DNA from: Campylobacterota bacterium
Lineage (GTDB): Bacteria > Campylobacterota > Campylobacteria > Campylobacterales > Arcobacteraceae
Direction: 5' to 3'
Assembly (NCBI GenBank): GCA_051746405.1
Contig: JBNJFB010000041.1
Span: 1 to 21,283, forward strand
DNA: 21,283 nt
The position numbers and the translations under genes were made by a program. The stretch's first letter is position 1; every line of letters begins with the position of its first letter. The notes beneath the pieces were generated by a model that was not told where the DNA came from, did not search any database, and saw only the letters and a program-made list of their open reading frames with translations. Positions 1 to 8,632 of this stretch are shown in pieces.

Positions 1-96
1 GAGGACAAAAACTAAAAATATTTACGCTATAATTTTAATCTGCAGGTGGGTCATTTTTATTCAAAAAAGTGGGTCAAATTTCAATCAAAATTTTCA
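1..96 (+). mobile_element. Terminal portion (probable right end) of an IS21-family insertion sequence
   Basis: Ends in ...CA at 95-96 and carries GTGGGTCA twice (46-53, 69-76; 23-bp spacing), like the multiple terminal repeats of IS21 elements. Exact reverse complement of 21185..21280. 1..15 (GAG GAC AAA AAC TAA) may be the last codons of istB. No transposase is in the window. Confidence 0.8.
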
Positions 97-190
97 AATC
101 TAAATCATTTGCTACTTTTTTTACATTCTCATTGTTGTTTATTATTAACTGTACGGTTGAGTCTTTGAACTCTTTACTATATTTTTTCAT
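97..190 (-). pseudogene. Truncated IS3-family transposase OrfA (N-terminal HTH)
   Basis: Manual translation gives MKKYSKEFKDSTVQLIINNNENVKKVANDLD, matching the KYSxEFK...VAxxL start of IS3 OrfA. Cut exactly at the IS21 boundary (96/97). Confidence 0.8.
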
Positions 191-261
191 GATAACCCTT
201 ATTCATTTATTTTAACGTAGAATTATTTAATTTCTATGTCTGAAATAATGTTACCACTCCA
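97..261 (-). mobile_element. Left end of an IS3-family element, interrupted by the IS21-like element
   Basis: The minus strand begins TGGAGTGGTAACATTATTTCAGACAT at 261, resembling IS3/IS911-type IRL, followed by an RBS-like AAGGG and the orfA start at 190. Confidence 0.65.
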
Positions 262-551
262 ATAGTTCCATCTTTAATGGCCTATTATTACAATCACTAT
301 ATACCTTATATGTAATTTTAAACTATCCGAAATAAAAATTGGAAAAAATAAAAATTTTCATTGATTACTTATATTGATGAAAATAAATTAGATCAAAACT
401 GTGAATACAAAACTTGAACATATAATTAACAGTGACTAGAGTATAAATTATAGATAATTGTTAGTATCTTCATTACTATATATAGCACTATAAATATTAT
501 GTTAACTCTAAATCTTATCTATTTTCATTACTACTCAAAAAAGGAAATAAC

Positions 552-1469
552 ATGGTAAAAAATATAACAAGTATAGATACAGTTGCTATACAATTGGATA
601 ATTGTTCTGATAAAGAACAAAGATATAAATTTGATTTGATATGGGGTTATATATTTAAAAAACAATTAGGTAACCTAAATAAGGATAAAGAAAGATCAAC
701 TAAAAATGTACATATATATAATCTATTATATGGTAATAGTAAATTGGCAACACTTCATACAGGATTTGCACCAACTACAAAATCATACTACATACGCATT
801 AGATGGTGTGGACTTAAAAGCTTTAATTATAAGCAAGATAAAGCTTCTTATAAAGCACTTATTACAATTATTGCATTACTTAACACTAATTGTTTCTCTT
901 ACAGATTTGTAGAGCTAGATATCGCTATAGATATGTTTTGTGATTTTAGTAATGTGATAGGTACTAAGTATCTTGAACATAGACCCAATAATGTGAAATA
1001 TAACCCTTTAGGATATGTACAATATTTTAATGGAATACCGACAAGTTATATAGAAAACTATAGTAATAAAGTCAAAAAAAAAGCTGCAATGATGCGATTT
1101 TATATTTATAATAAATCTGCAAAAGAAAAAATAAATAATAAGAAGATAACAAGAGCAGAGCTTAAGCTACAAAATCGTTTCTTCGTAAAAAAAGGTTTTA
1201 ACTTAGCTTCTATACAAAAAGCTTTAGACAAATACACCATTATTTATTTTAAAGATACTTCCTATAAACAACGCATTGTAAATTTACTTAATGCACCTAA
1301 TACATTAAATGATTTAAATCTGTTTATGCTGGAGTCTTCTTATAATGATAATCATAGAATCAATGCTGATTTAGATGTTGTAAAAAAGTTCATAAGTCAA
1401 ATGATTACAGCATATATAGACTTATTAGGAAATGTGGTTATTTCTAAAAAGAAAATATTAGATATTTGA
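552..1469 (+). CDS. Putative Rep_trans-like rolling-circle initiator / MOBT-like relaxase
   Basis: Motifs in the expected order: SIDT, ELDIAID, RFYIYNK (candidate catalytic Tyr), RAELKL. RBS AAGGA upstream. Adjacent to an xis-like gene. Confidence 0.55.
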   Translation: MVKNITSIDTVAIQLDNCSDKEQRYKFDLIWGYIFKKQLGNLNKDKERSTKNVHIYNLLYGNSKLATLHTGFAPTTKSYYIRIRWCGLKSFNYKQDKASYKALITIIALLNTNCFSYRFVELDIAIDMFCDFSNVIGTKYLEHRPNNVKYNPLGYVQYFNGIPTSYIENYSNKVKKKAAMMRFYIYNKSAKEKINNKKITRAELKLQNRFFVKKGFNLASIQKALDKYTIIYFKDTSYKQRIVNLLNAPNTLNDLNLFMLESSYNDNHRINADLDVVKKFISQMITAYIDLLGNVVISKKKILDI

Positions 1470-1627
1470 GTAGTAACATGAATTCATACGCTAAGTTCCA
1501 AAATTAAATTTCAATTTTGTATTGGACTATATAAAGAATTTTTTCAATAGAAAAAATATTTTTTTTAAACCAAATATATAAATGATAGAAATATCAAAAC
1601 CATAAAAATTATATAAGGAGAACAAAG

Positions 1628-1834
1628 ATGAAAACCGATTTCAACACACTTATTCCAGAGGGGATTTTATTTAGTATCAAGCAGATTGATGAGATGCACT
1701 TGATTAAAAGCGACTTGCTCAAAAAGCTTATTTATAGTAATAAGATAGAGGTTACAAAACTAAACTCAAAGAACTTTATAAGTAGAACAGCTTTAATTTC
1801 ATATCTTGAATCGCAAACTATACCTGTAGTCTAA
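1628..1834 (+). CDS. Excisionase-like small DNA-binding protein (HTH_17/Xis-like)
   Basis: 68 aa with strong RBS AAGGAG. The pattern FSIKQI...LKKLI...KIEVTKL...FISRTALISYLE resembles Xis/AlpA-type winged HTH proteins. Confidence 0.6.
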   Translation: MKTDFNTLIPEGILFSIKQIDEMHLIKSDLLKKLIYSNKIEVTKLNSKNFISRTALISYLESQTIPVV

Positions 1835-2020
1835 AATAAACTTAAATCAAAAATTAAAAAAAACAACTAAAAATAAACAACCGTTAATTAGCTCTTGAAT
1901 TGTACTGTTCCAAATACTTAACTGGGCTTAATTTATCTAAAGCTATAAATTTTTGTCGCTTAAAAGCAACCTACAAGAGGTACATTTAGATTACTAGTTT
2001 AAATAAAAATATTATTTATA

Positions 2021-2044
2021 AGAAATAGGAATTATCCTATTTCT
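2021..2044. terminator. Hairpin between convergent genes (possible terminator or origin hairpin)
   Basis: AGAAATAGGA-atta-TCCTATTTCT, a perfect 10-bp stem with a 4-nt loop. Confidence 0.35.
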
Positions 2045-2097
2045 ATACAGGAAAGGATTTCTTTATTTTAGGGATTATAAAGAACAATAAAATCACA

Positions 2098-2119
2098 AGG
2101 TGTACTTTTAGGTGTACTT
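2098..2119. repeat. Direct repeat resembling tyrosine-integrase arm-type sites
   Basis: AGGTGTACTT at 2098-2107 and 2110-2119 (12-bp period), between the xis-like gene and the end of the R-M operon. Confidence 0.45.
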
Positions 2120-2146
2120 ATTATTAAATCGTATTGATTTTAATAA

Positions 2147-3108
2147 CTATTGAATATTCTTCTTTTTAATTGAACCTTTATCTAAACTTTTATAAATGAT
2201 TGGTTTATTAATCTCATAAGAGCCTTGATTATGCACTTCTACGATACATTCATCCATAAACCTAATTAAGGAGTCAGTAATATTTGGATTTTCTTTTTCG
2301 ATTTCTTCTAAATAAACACTTTTAGCTTGTTCTTCAAAACTATTTTTCATACCTAAAACAGCAATATCTCTATTATCTAGTTTTTCTTTTTCTGTAAATA
2401 CTTCAAAAATACCATCTTCAAGTTTACTTTTCATTCTGTAAATATATATTTGATGTTCACCTAGCACTGGACAATAAAATCCACAAAACATATCAGTATA
2501 CATTTGTTCAAACTCTTCTTGACTTAACCTATGTTTTCGAGCTGACTTTAGTGCATGATTAATTGAATGTTCAATAGCATCTGATATATACTCACCAGAT
2601 AATAAATTTGCAAAATCTCTATCTAAAAATGTATCATCATCCCATATCGTCACAATAGGAGGATTAGCTACCAAATTATTTTCACAAGGTAGATTTATTA
2701 TGTATTTAATTGATTCACCTTGTTCTTTTTCATCACAGCTTATTTTTAGATGTTAATATGTCCGCTAATTGAATTCATTATATGTTGTGCAACTAAAGTA
2801 TTTCCAGCAAAACCTACGATAATTGGAACTTTCTGATAAATTGTAAAATAGTCATTGAAACTTCCATTAGGATAAAAACTAGGTTTCCATAGCTTTACTT
2901 CTATATCGTAAACTTTTCTAAACCCTGTTAATAGTGTTTTAGCTCCTCCAAATGATGTGATTGCACTATCTGCTATTGAAAATATACCCTTATCATGTAA
3001 GCTAATATCTTCTTTTTCATCTACTTCTTTACCTTCTTTTTTACCAATTTTTTTAATTTCTTTCCAATTGATTTTTTCAAAATCATAACCAACAAATAAT
3101 AATGACAT
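2147..3108 (-). pseudogene. Single ~320-aa gene split by a 1-nt frameshift (ORFs 2746..3108 and 2147..2674); possible Ntn-hydrolase/proteasome-beta-like fold
   Basis: The downstream frame is open from about 2752 (HLKISCDEKEQGESIKYIINLPCENNLVANPP...), overlapping the upstream stop. The span is 962 nt, so adding 1 nt restores 321 codons. RBS GAGG precedes 3108. Motifs MSLLFVG / IADSAIT / RKVY / VGFAG. Confidence 0.65.
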
Positions 3109-3121
3109 TACAGTTCCTCTT

Positions 3122-6100
3122 CTATTCTCTTGTTGTACTCAATGCTCTCTCAAAACTATCGAGCATTCCCGTTCTAAAAGCTTCATCACCTGCAAATAGT
3201 TTATAAAGATCTAGTTCTTTTCTTCTCTCACGGTTCATAATCTCAGCAACCATTTTCTCTAATGCTAATCTTCTAGTATGTTCATCTTTATTTTCTGCAT
3301 ACTTAGACTTATAATCATCATGTGTTTTTACTTTGTTCATTAAGTGGATAAACTTAACTCTTTGATCTTCAGGTGTTGCTTCCCAACCATGAAACCATCT
3401 TTCGTTAAATGTTTTAATAATATCATCTAGTGGATCCTTCTCTTCTTCTGATCCATATGAACCTCTAGGATTAGGATTTTGAGGGTCTACTTCTGTGTCA
3501 CTATCATCAAGTCCTATTTTTGCTCCAAGTTTTACTCTTTCTAATCCATAAGTTGATAAATCTACAGAATTTAAAAGTTCATCTAGTGCATCTTTATCTT
3601 TATCTTTGATAATTAGTTTTGGTATTAAAAACTTTAAGAACCAAAATAGTTTTTCCCAAGCTACTATTTCATAAGGCATAATGGAACTCATTTGACCATA
3701 AATTTTTACGAACTGTTTAGCTTTAATTTTATAATCAGGTTTTTCATCATCATCTAGTTCAAGTTCATTATTAAATCTTGCAGCAGCTGTGTCAATTATC
3801 GGTGACAGTTCACTTGCATCTACACCTTTAAAGTATTTTTCAAAAAACTCATCCACTTCATTTTGTTCATATACACCTAAATCATCAAGATTATCTTTTA
3901 GTTCATGTAGTACATTTATATCAGTCTCTTCACTAAGTGTTGTAGAAGTATAGAATGGATCAAACGAAGTTTTTATATCTTCTACTTTATTATAAAAATC
4001 TAATATAAATAAATCTTCTGTTTTCTTACCATATTTTGGAGCAGAACGATTTAGTCTTGATAATGCTTGTACTGCTAAGACTCCTTGCAGTTTCTTATCT
4101 ATATACATAGCACAAAGTTTTGGTTGATCGAATCCTGTTAAGAACTTATTTGCAACAACTAATAATCTATATTCATCACTATCAAATTTTTCAGCTATAT
4201 CTTTTGATGCAAAGTTATTGATACTATCTTCTGTATATTCAATTCCTTTTACTTCTTTTTTTCCAGAAAAAGCAATAACAGCTTTAAAAGGATTTCCAAG
4301 TTCTTCTAGCTTTTTAACTATAGCTTGATGATAGAAAATAGCTGTTTCAATATTCGATGTTACAACCATACCTTTAGCTTTTGATTTTAGTTTTTTGGTT
4401 TTGTACACATTGTTAATAAAATGGTCTAACATAATATCAACTTTTGTAGCTATTGTAGATGGGTCTTTTTCTACTTTACTTCTCAATGCTTTTTGTGCTT
4501 TTTTTGTATCAAATAGTGGACTCTCTTCTATAGTTTTTTCTATTTCATAGTAGCTTTTATATGTTGTATAGTTTGATAATACATCTAGGATAAATCCTTC
4601 TTCAATTGCTTGTTTCATAGAGTATAGATGAAATGGTTTATAAGTTCCATCATCTTGTTTTGTTCCAAACTTTTCAAGTGTATTATTTTTAGGAGTTGCA
4701 GTAAAAGCTAAGTATGAAGCATTTCCTTTCATTTTCCTACTCTTCATAATCTCTAAGACCATACCTTGAGCATCCATCTCTTCATCAAAATCTTTTTTTC
4801 CCATTGCTTCATTCATTTTTCCATGGGCTGAACCACTCTGGCTTGAGTGAGCTTCATCAATAATTACTGCAAATCTTTTCTCACTAAGATCAGCTATACC
4901 ATCAACTATAAAAGGAAACTTTTGAATAGTAGTAATGATGATTTTCTTACCATTTTCAAGACTTGTTTTTAGTTCACTTGAACTGTAAGCAGGTGCTACT
5001 ATATTTTTTATCTCGCTAAAGCTTTTGATATTTTCCCTTAGCTGTTTATCAAGTATTTTTCTATCTGTTACTACAATTACACTATCAAATAGTGGATAGT
5101 CAATCCCTTTACTTCCATTTATTTTTTCTCTATTTGGATAAGCTTCTATCAGTTGATATGCACTCCATGTAATTGAATTTGATTTACCACTACCTGCACT
5201 ATGCTGTATTAGATATGTTTTACCAACTCCATTTTCACTTACATCATCAATCAGTTTTCTTACCACATCAAGCTGATGGTATCTTGGGAAAAATAGTGTT
5301 CTAGAATTTAACTTATCACTCTCTTTACCATCTAATCTTACAAAGTGTTGTATGATATTAGCAAGGGAGTGTTTGGTAAATATCTCTTCCCATATATAAG
5401 CTGTCTTATATCCATTTGGATTTACTGGGTTTCCTGCTCCGTGATTGTTCCCTTTATTAAACGGTAAAAAGAAAGTTTTAGCACCATCAAGTTTAGTAGT
5501 CATATAGGCTTCATCTGTATCTACTGCAAAGTGAACAATACATCTAGCAAAATTTAATAGAGGCTCTTTTGGATCTCTATCTTCTTTATATTGCTTAATA
5601 CCATGAAATCTAGCATTTTGACCTGTCCAAGGATTTTTTAGCTCCATTGTAATGATTGGAAGACCATTGATAAATATAACCAAATCCATCTCTAAAAGAG
5701 GATTCGTAGTAGAGTGAGTTACTTGTCTAGTTACACTAAACTGGTTTGAGTTAAACCTTTTTTTAATCTCTGCACCGCTTGAATTTAGTGGAGTAACATA
5801 AAAGAGAGTAAAGTGAGCATCTTCAACACTAAGACCTTTTTTAAGAATCTTTAGTATTCCATACTTTTTTATCATCTTGTCAAGTCTTTGGATGATCTTT
5901 AGCTTGTACTGAGGATCTCTTTTTAGCTTTTCTAGCTCCTCTTCTTGAGTGGACTCTAAAAAGTTCCAAAATCTTTTTTCGTCAATGGCATACTCTTTAT
6001 TAAAATCACTATTATGACCTATGTAAAACTTGTTATGAGTGCCATAAGTGGGTGTTGGTTCACTTACTCCTGCTTTAAGTTCCTCTTGGCAAGTTCCAGT

Positions 6101-6154
6101 TAAAAACTTTTCTATACTACTTTCTAGTGCTTGTTCATTTGTTTGACTGCTCAT
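3122..6154 (-). CDS. hsdR: Type I restriction endonuclease subunit R
   Basis: Nuclease motif DLVIFINGLPIITMELKN, Walker A HSAGSGKS, DEAH, AFTATPK, TGFDQP, QALSRLNR; 1010 aa. Confidence 0.97.
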   Translation of the reverse strand: MSSQTNEQALESSIEKFLTGTCQEELKAGVSEPTPTYGTHNKFYIGHNSDFNKEYAIDEKRFWNFLESTQEEELEKLKRDPQYKLKIIQRLDKMIKKYGILKILKKGLSVEDAHFTLFYVTPLNSSGAEIKKRFNSNQFSVTRQVTHSTTNPLLEMDLVIFINGLPIITMELKNPWTGQNARFHGIKQYKEDRDPKEPLLNFARCIVHFAVDTDEAYMTTKLDGAKTFFLPFNKGNNHGAGNPVNPNGYKTAYIWEEIFTKHSLANIIQHFVRLDGKESDKLNSRTLFFPRYHQLDVVRKLIDDVSENGVGKTYLIQHSAGSGKSNSITWSAYQLIEAYPNREKINGSKGIDYPLFDSVIVVTDRKILDKQLRENIKSFSEIKNIVAPAYSSSELKTSLENGKKIIITTIQKFPFIVDGIADLSEKRFAVIIDEAHSSQSGSAHGKMNEAMGKKDFDEEMDAQGMVLEIMKSRKMKGNASYLAFTATPKNNTLEKFGTKQDDGTYKPFHLYSMKQAIEEGFILDVLSNYTTYKSYYEIEKTIEESPLFDTKKAQKALRSKVEKDPSTIATKVDIMLDHFINNVYKTKKLKSKAKGMVVTSNIETAIFYHQAIVKKLEELGNPFKAVIAFSGKKEVKGIEYTEDSINNFASKDIAEKFDSDEYRLLVVANKFLTGFDQPKLCAMYIDKKLQGVLAVQALSRLNRSAPKYGKKTEDLFILDFYNKVEDIKTSFDPFYTSTTLSEETDINVLHELKDNLDDLGVYEQNEVDEFFEKYFKGVDASELSPIIDTAAARFNNELELDDDEKPDYKIKAKQFVKIYGQMSSIMPYEIVAWEKLFWFLKFLIPKLIIKDKDKDALDELLNSVDLSTYGLERVKLGAKIGLDDSDTEVDPQNPNPRGSYGSEEEKDPLDDIIKTFNERWFHGWEATPEDQRVKFIHLMNKVKTHDDYKSKYAENKDEHTRRLALEKMVAEIMNRERRKELDLYKLFAGDEAFRTGMLDSFERALSTTRE

Positions 6155-7137
6155 TGTAACCTCTTTATATCTTCTTCTAGCTCTTTTATACTTTGTGCTT
6201 TTTGTTCCTTTTTTTGTATCTCTTTGTATCTTTGATACTCCAGTTCACTTCGCTCTTTTGCTATCTGGTGACTTATCTTTCCTGCATGGGTGAGAAGCTC
6301 ACTGCCATTCATTGAGAGTATCATATCTAATCTTGCAATCCAGTCTTTCATATACATTGGTGTCTTTTGCGATGCCATCGTCTCTGCAAATGCCAAATAC
6401 TGTTCTACTAAAAGCCCTAAGAGTTTTATCTCTTCTTCATTGAGATAATTTTTAGCAATGCTTACATCTTTTTTGGTGATATTTTTACCCTCTTTATCAA
6501 ATGAACTCATCCCTAAGAGTGGTTTTGAAATATCTACACGATTATGCACAAGCTCTGCTGCTGTTTGCTGTGAGACTGCCCAAAGGAGTTTGTTTTGAAC
6601 TACTTTAAAAAATTCTATTGTTTTTTCATCTTTCGGGTCATAGTCGATACTTGTCATATAGATATCTTTGATTTTTTGGTAAAAAAACTTCTCACTAAGA
6701 CGTATATCTCTTAGGCGTTGTTGAAGTTCATCAAAGTAGCTCATGGAGTTACCGTTTTTAAACTTTTCATCATTAAGCACAAAACCTTTTGTGATGTACT
6801 CTTTGAGCTTCTCATTTGCCCAAATTCTAAACTTCGTACCAGTAGAAGAGCGAACTCTAAAACCAATGGCGATTATCATATCGAGGTTGTAAAAATCAAC
6901 ATCTCTAGCAACTTCTCTTTTCCCTTCCATTTGAACTGTTCGGTAATTCCGAACAGTTGAAGATGAACTTAACTCACCCTCTTCAAATATCGCTTTGATA
7001 TGTTCACTTATGGTTGATTTTGCTTTACCAAACACTTTACATATTTGAGCTTGTGAAAGCCACACTGAGCCGTCTTCAAACATCACATCGACTTTGATAT
7101 TGCCGTTTTCGTTTTGGTAGATTAGAATATTACTCAT
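6151..7137 (-). CDS. rhuM: RhuM-family (virulence_RhuM) putative DNA-binding protein
   Basis: VWLSQAQI, YNLDMIIAIGFRVRS, FRIWA, EYITKGFVLND, RDIRLSEKFFYQKI, FFKVVQNKL, IAKNYL. ATGA overlap with hsdR. Confidence 0.92.
   Translation of the reverse strand: MSNILIYQNENGNIKVDVMFEDGSVWLSQAQICKVFGKAKSTISEHIKAIFEEGELSSSSTVRNYRTVQMEGKREVARDVDFYNLDMIIAIGFRVRSSTGTKFRIWANEKLKEYITKGFVLNDEKFKNGNSMSYFDELQQRLRDIRLSEKFFYQKIKDIYMTSIDYDPKDEKTIEFFKVVQNKLLWAVSQQTAAELVHNRVDISKPLLGMSSFDKEGKNITKKDVSIAKNYLNEEEIKLLGLLVEQYLAFAETMASQKTPMYMKDWIARLDMILSMNGSELLTHAGKISHQIAKERSELEYQRYKEIQKKEQKAQSIKELEEDIKRLQ
6934..6958. repeat. Intragenic palindrome in rhuM
   Basis: AACTGTTCGG-taatt-CCGAACAGTT, perfect 10-bp arms, encoding TVRNYRTV. 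Confidence 0.9.
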
Positions 7138-7139
7138 AT

Positions 7140-7856
7140 TTAAATACCAGCAACTTGTTTTATATACTCATATCTTGTATCTTCATCATAGTATGCAATT
7201 GATTCAATGTGACTTTTATGCAAAATATTGTTAGCTACTTGCACATCATCATGTGGATTTTTTATGTTTAGTAGTTCAAATTTAGCATTTGATACATTTG
7301 CATTGTAAAGGGAAAAACTCTCAACATCCCAAATCATATCCTTAACATTATCTTTATTAGAAATACTTCCTAAATTTGAATAGTGATGAAGATTATGCTT
7401 TTTATCAACAATATCAAAATCAAATATTGTATTTTCATTTACCTCTACATAATTTGTAAATTCTCTAAAAATTATATCTCTTGTATTTTGTTTGATAATT
7501 TCAATTGAATCTTTTTTTTCTTTAAAATGAAATTTATATCCTATGTAGTCTTCATAAAGTATTTCCAAAACCTCTTCAAAGGTTTGTGAGCTTCTAAAAG
7601 CTTTTGTATTACTAAATTTAAGATTATTTCCATACCAGTGTGATATATTGATCTCTTTATCTAGCATTTTTATAAAAGTTGTAATATTTCCTTTCTCTAT
7701 CGATGGAAATGAAATCAGTTTTGTTAAATGTTCATCTTTTATAAAATGTAGTTCATTTTTTATATCATTTGCTAGATGGATCCCAACATTAAAAAACTCA
7801 TCACTATTGACATTTGGAAAGTATCTTATCACTTGATAGTTATATAGCTTTCTCAT
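7140..7856 (-). CDS. DUF3037-domain protein (partner of HipA-like kinase)
   Basis: N-terminal YQVIRYFPNVNSDEFFNVGI matches the DUF3037 signature. ATGA overlap with the upstream kinase. Confidence 0.8.
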   Translation of the reverse strand: MRKLYNYQVIRYFPNVNSDEFFNVGIHLANDIKNELHFIKDEHLTKLISFPSIEKGNITTFIKMLDKEINISHWYGNNLKFSNTKAFRSSQTFEEVLEILYEDYIGYKFHFKEKKDSIEIIKQNTRDIIFREFTNYVEVNENTIFDFDIVDKKHNLHHYSNLGSISNKDNVKDMIWDVESFSLYNANVSNAKFELLNIKNPHDDVQVANNILHKSHIESIAYYDEDTRYEYIKQVAGI

Positions 7857-8632
7857 TGTTTGAATATCTCCTTATTTCCAACTCTTTGAGATATGATATA
7901 TGCAATCTCATCTTTTAGTTTATGAGGTTCCCACTCTCTTGGGAGTTCATCTATAAGTTCATCTATTTCATCTTTTGTGATTTTATTTTTTATAGTTGTC
8001 ACTCCATCTACTTCATCTAACAATAAATAATCATTATCAAAGCAAAACTTATTATAAAATTTTGGTATTTCAAACAAAGCTGTATCACTTTCCATAATAT
8101 AAAAAGCCATTAGCATCTCAAAAGCCCCGCCAAAATCTATCAAATATTTTTTTCTATCATCTTTACAATATAAAATATTTGGATTGCTTTTATTTCTATC
8201 AGAGTTCATTATATAGCCATCATAATTGATAGTCTCTTTTTTAAAATCTCGACTTAAATCTTCATCAATAAATTTTTCACTATTTTCAATCCATTTTACA
8301 CCAAGATTTAAACCTTTAGAGGCTTTGATATTGGCCAAAGCCACCTGCTCCCGCTCATTTTTTGAATCACCAAACAAAAACTCAGCATCTTGTAAAAAAT
8401 CATCGTCTATTATCAAATATTCAATTACGGGAATATTTTTAAATCCAAACTTTTGCAAAAGTTTATAAGAGAGTGTTTCTATGAAGATACCAAAATCGAC
8501 TTTATCAGCCAAAGTCCCATCAGCTCTTGTTTTTAATACATAAGTATTGTTATCCTCAGCTTTTACAATAATTGGATGGCTATTACCATAACTCGTAACC
8601 CCTTTTATCTCATTAATATAAAGCTCTCTCAT
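7853..8632 (-). CDS. HipA-like Ser/Thr kinase (HipA_2-type)
   Basis: GNSHP loop, YVLK (ATP-binding Lys), ETLSY (alphaC Glu), catalytic DGYIMNSDRNKSNPNIL, YLIDFG. The start overlaps the hsdS stop (TAATG). Confidence 0.85.
   Translation of the reverse strand: MRELYINEIKGVTSYGNSHPIIVKAEDNNTYVLKTRADGTLADKVDFGIFIETLSYKLLQKFGFKNIPVIEYLIIDDDFLQDAEFLFGDSKNEREQVALANIKASKGLNLGVKWIENSEKFIDEDLSRDFKKETINYDGYIMNSDRNKSNPNILYCKDDRKKYLIDFGGAFEMLMAFYIMESDTALFEIPKFYNKFCFDNDYLLLDEVDGVTTIKNKITKDEIDELIDELPREWEPHKLKDEIAYIISQRVGNKEIFKQ

Noticed and set aside
28..33. TATAAT inside the IS end as an outward-facing promoter
   Set aside because: No convincing -35 or extended TG, and the hexamer is common in AT-rich DNA.
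706..912. 68-aa alternate-frame ORF inside the Rep-like gene
   Set aside because: Fully nested, with no RBS or recognisable motif.
2147..2674. Independent 175-aa gene with TTG start
   Set aside because: No RBS, and the frame stays open upstream to the frameshift, so it is better read as the 3' half of a split gene.
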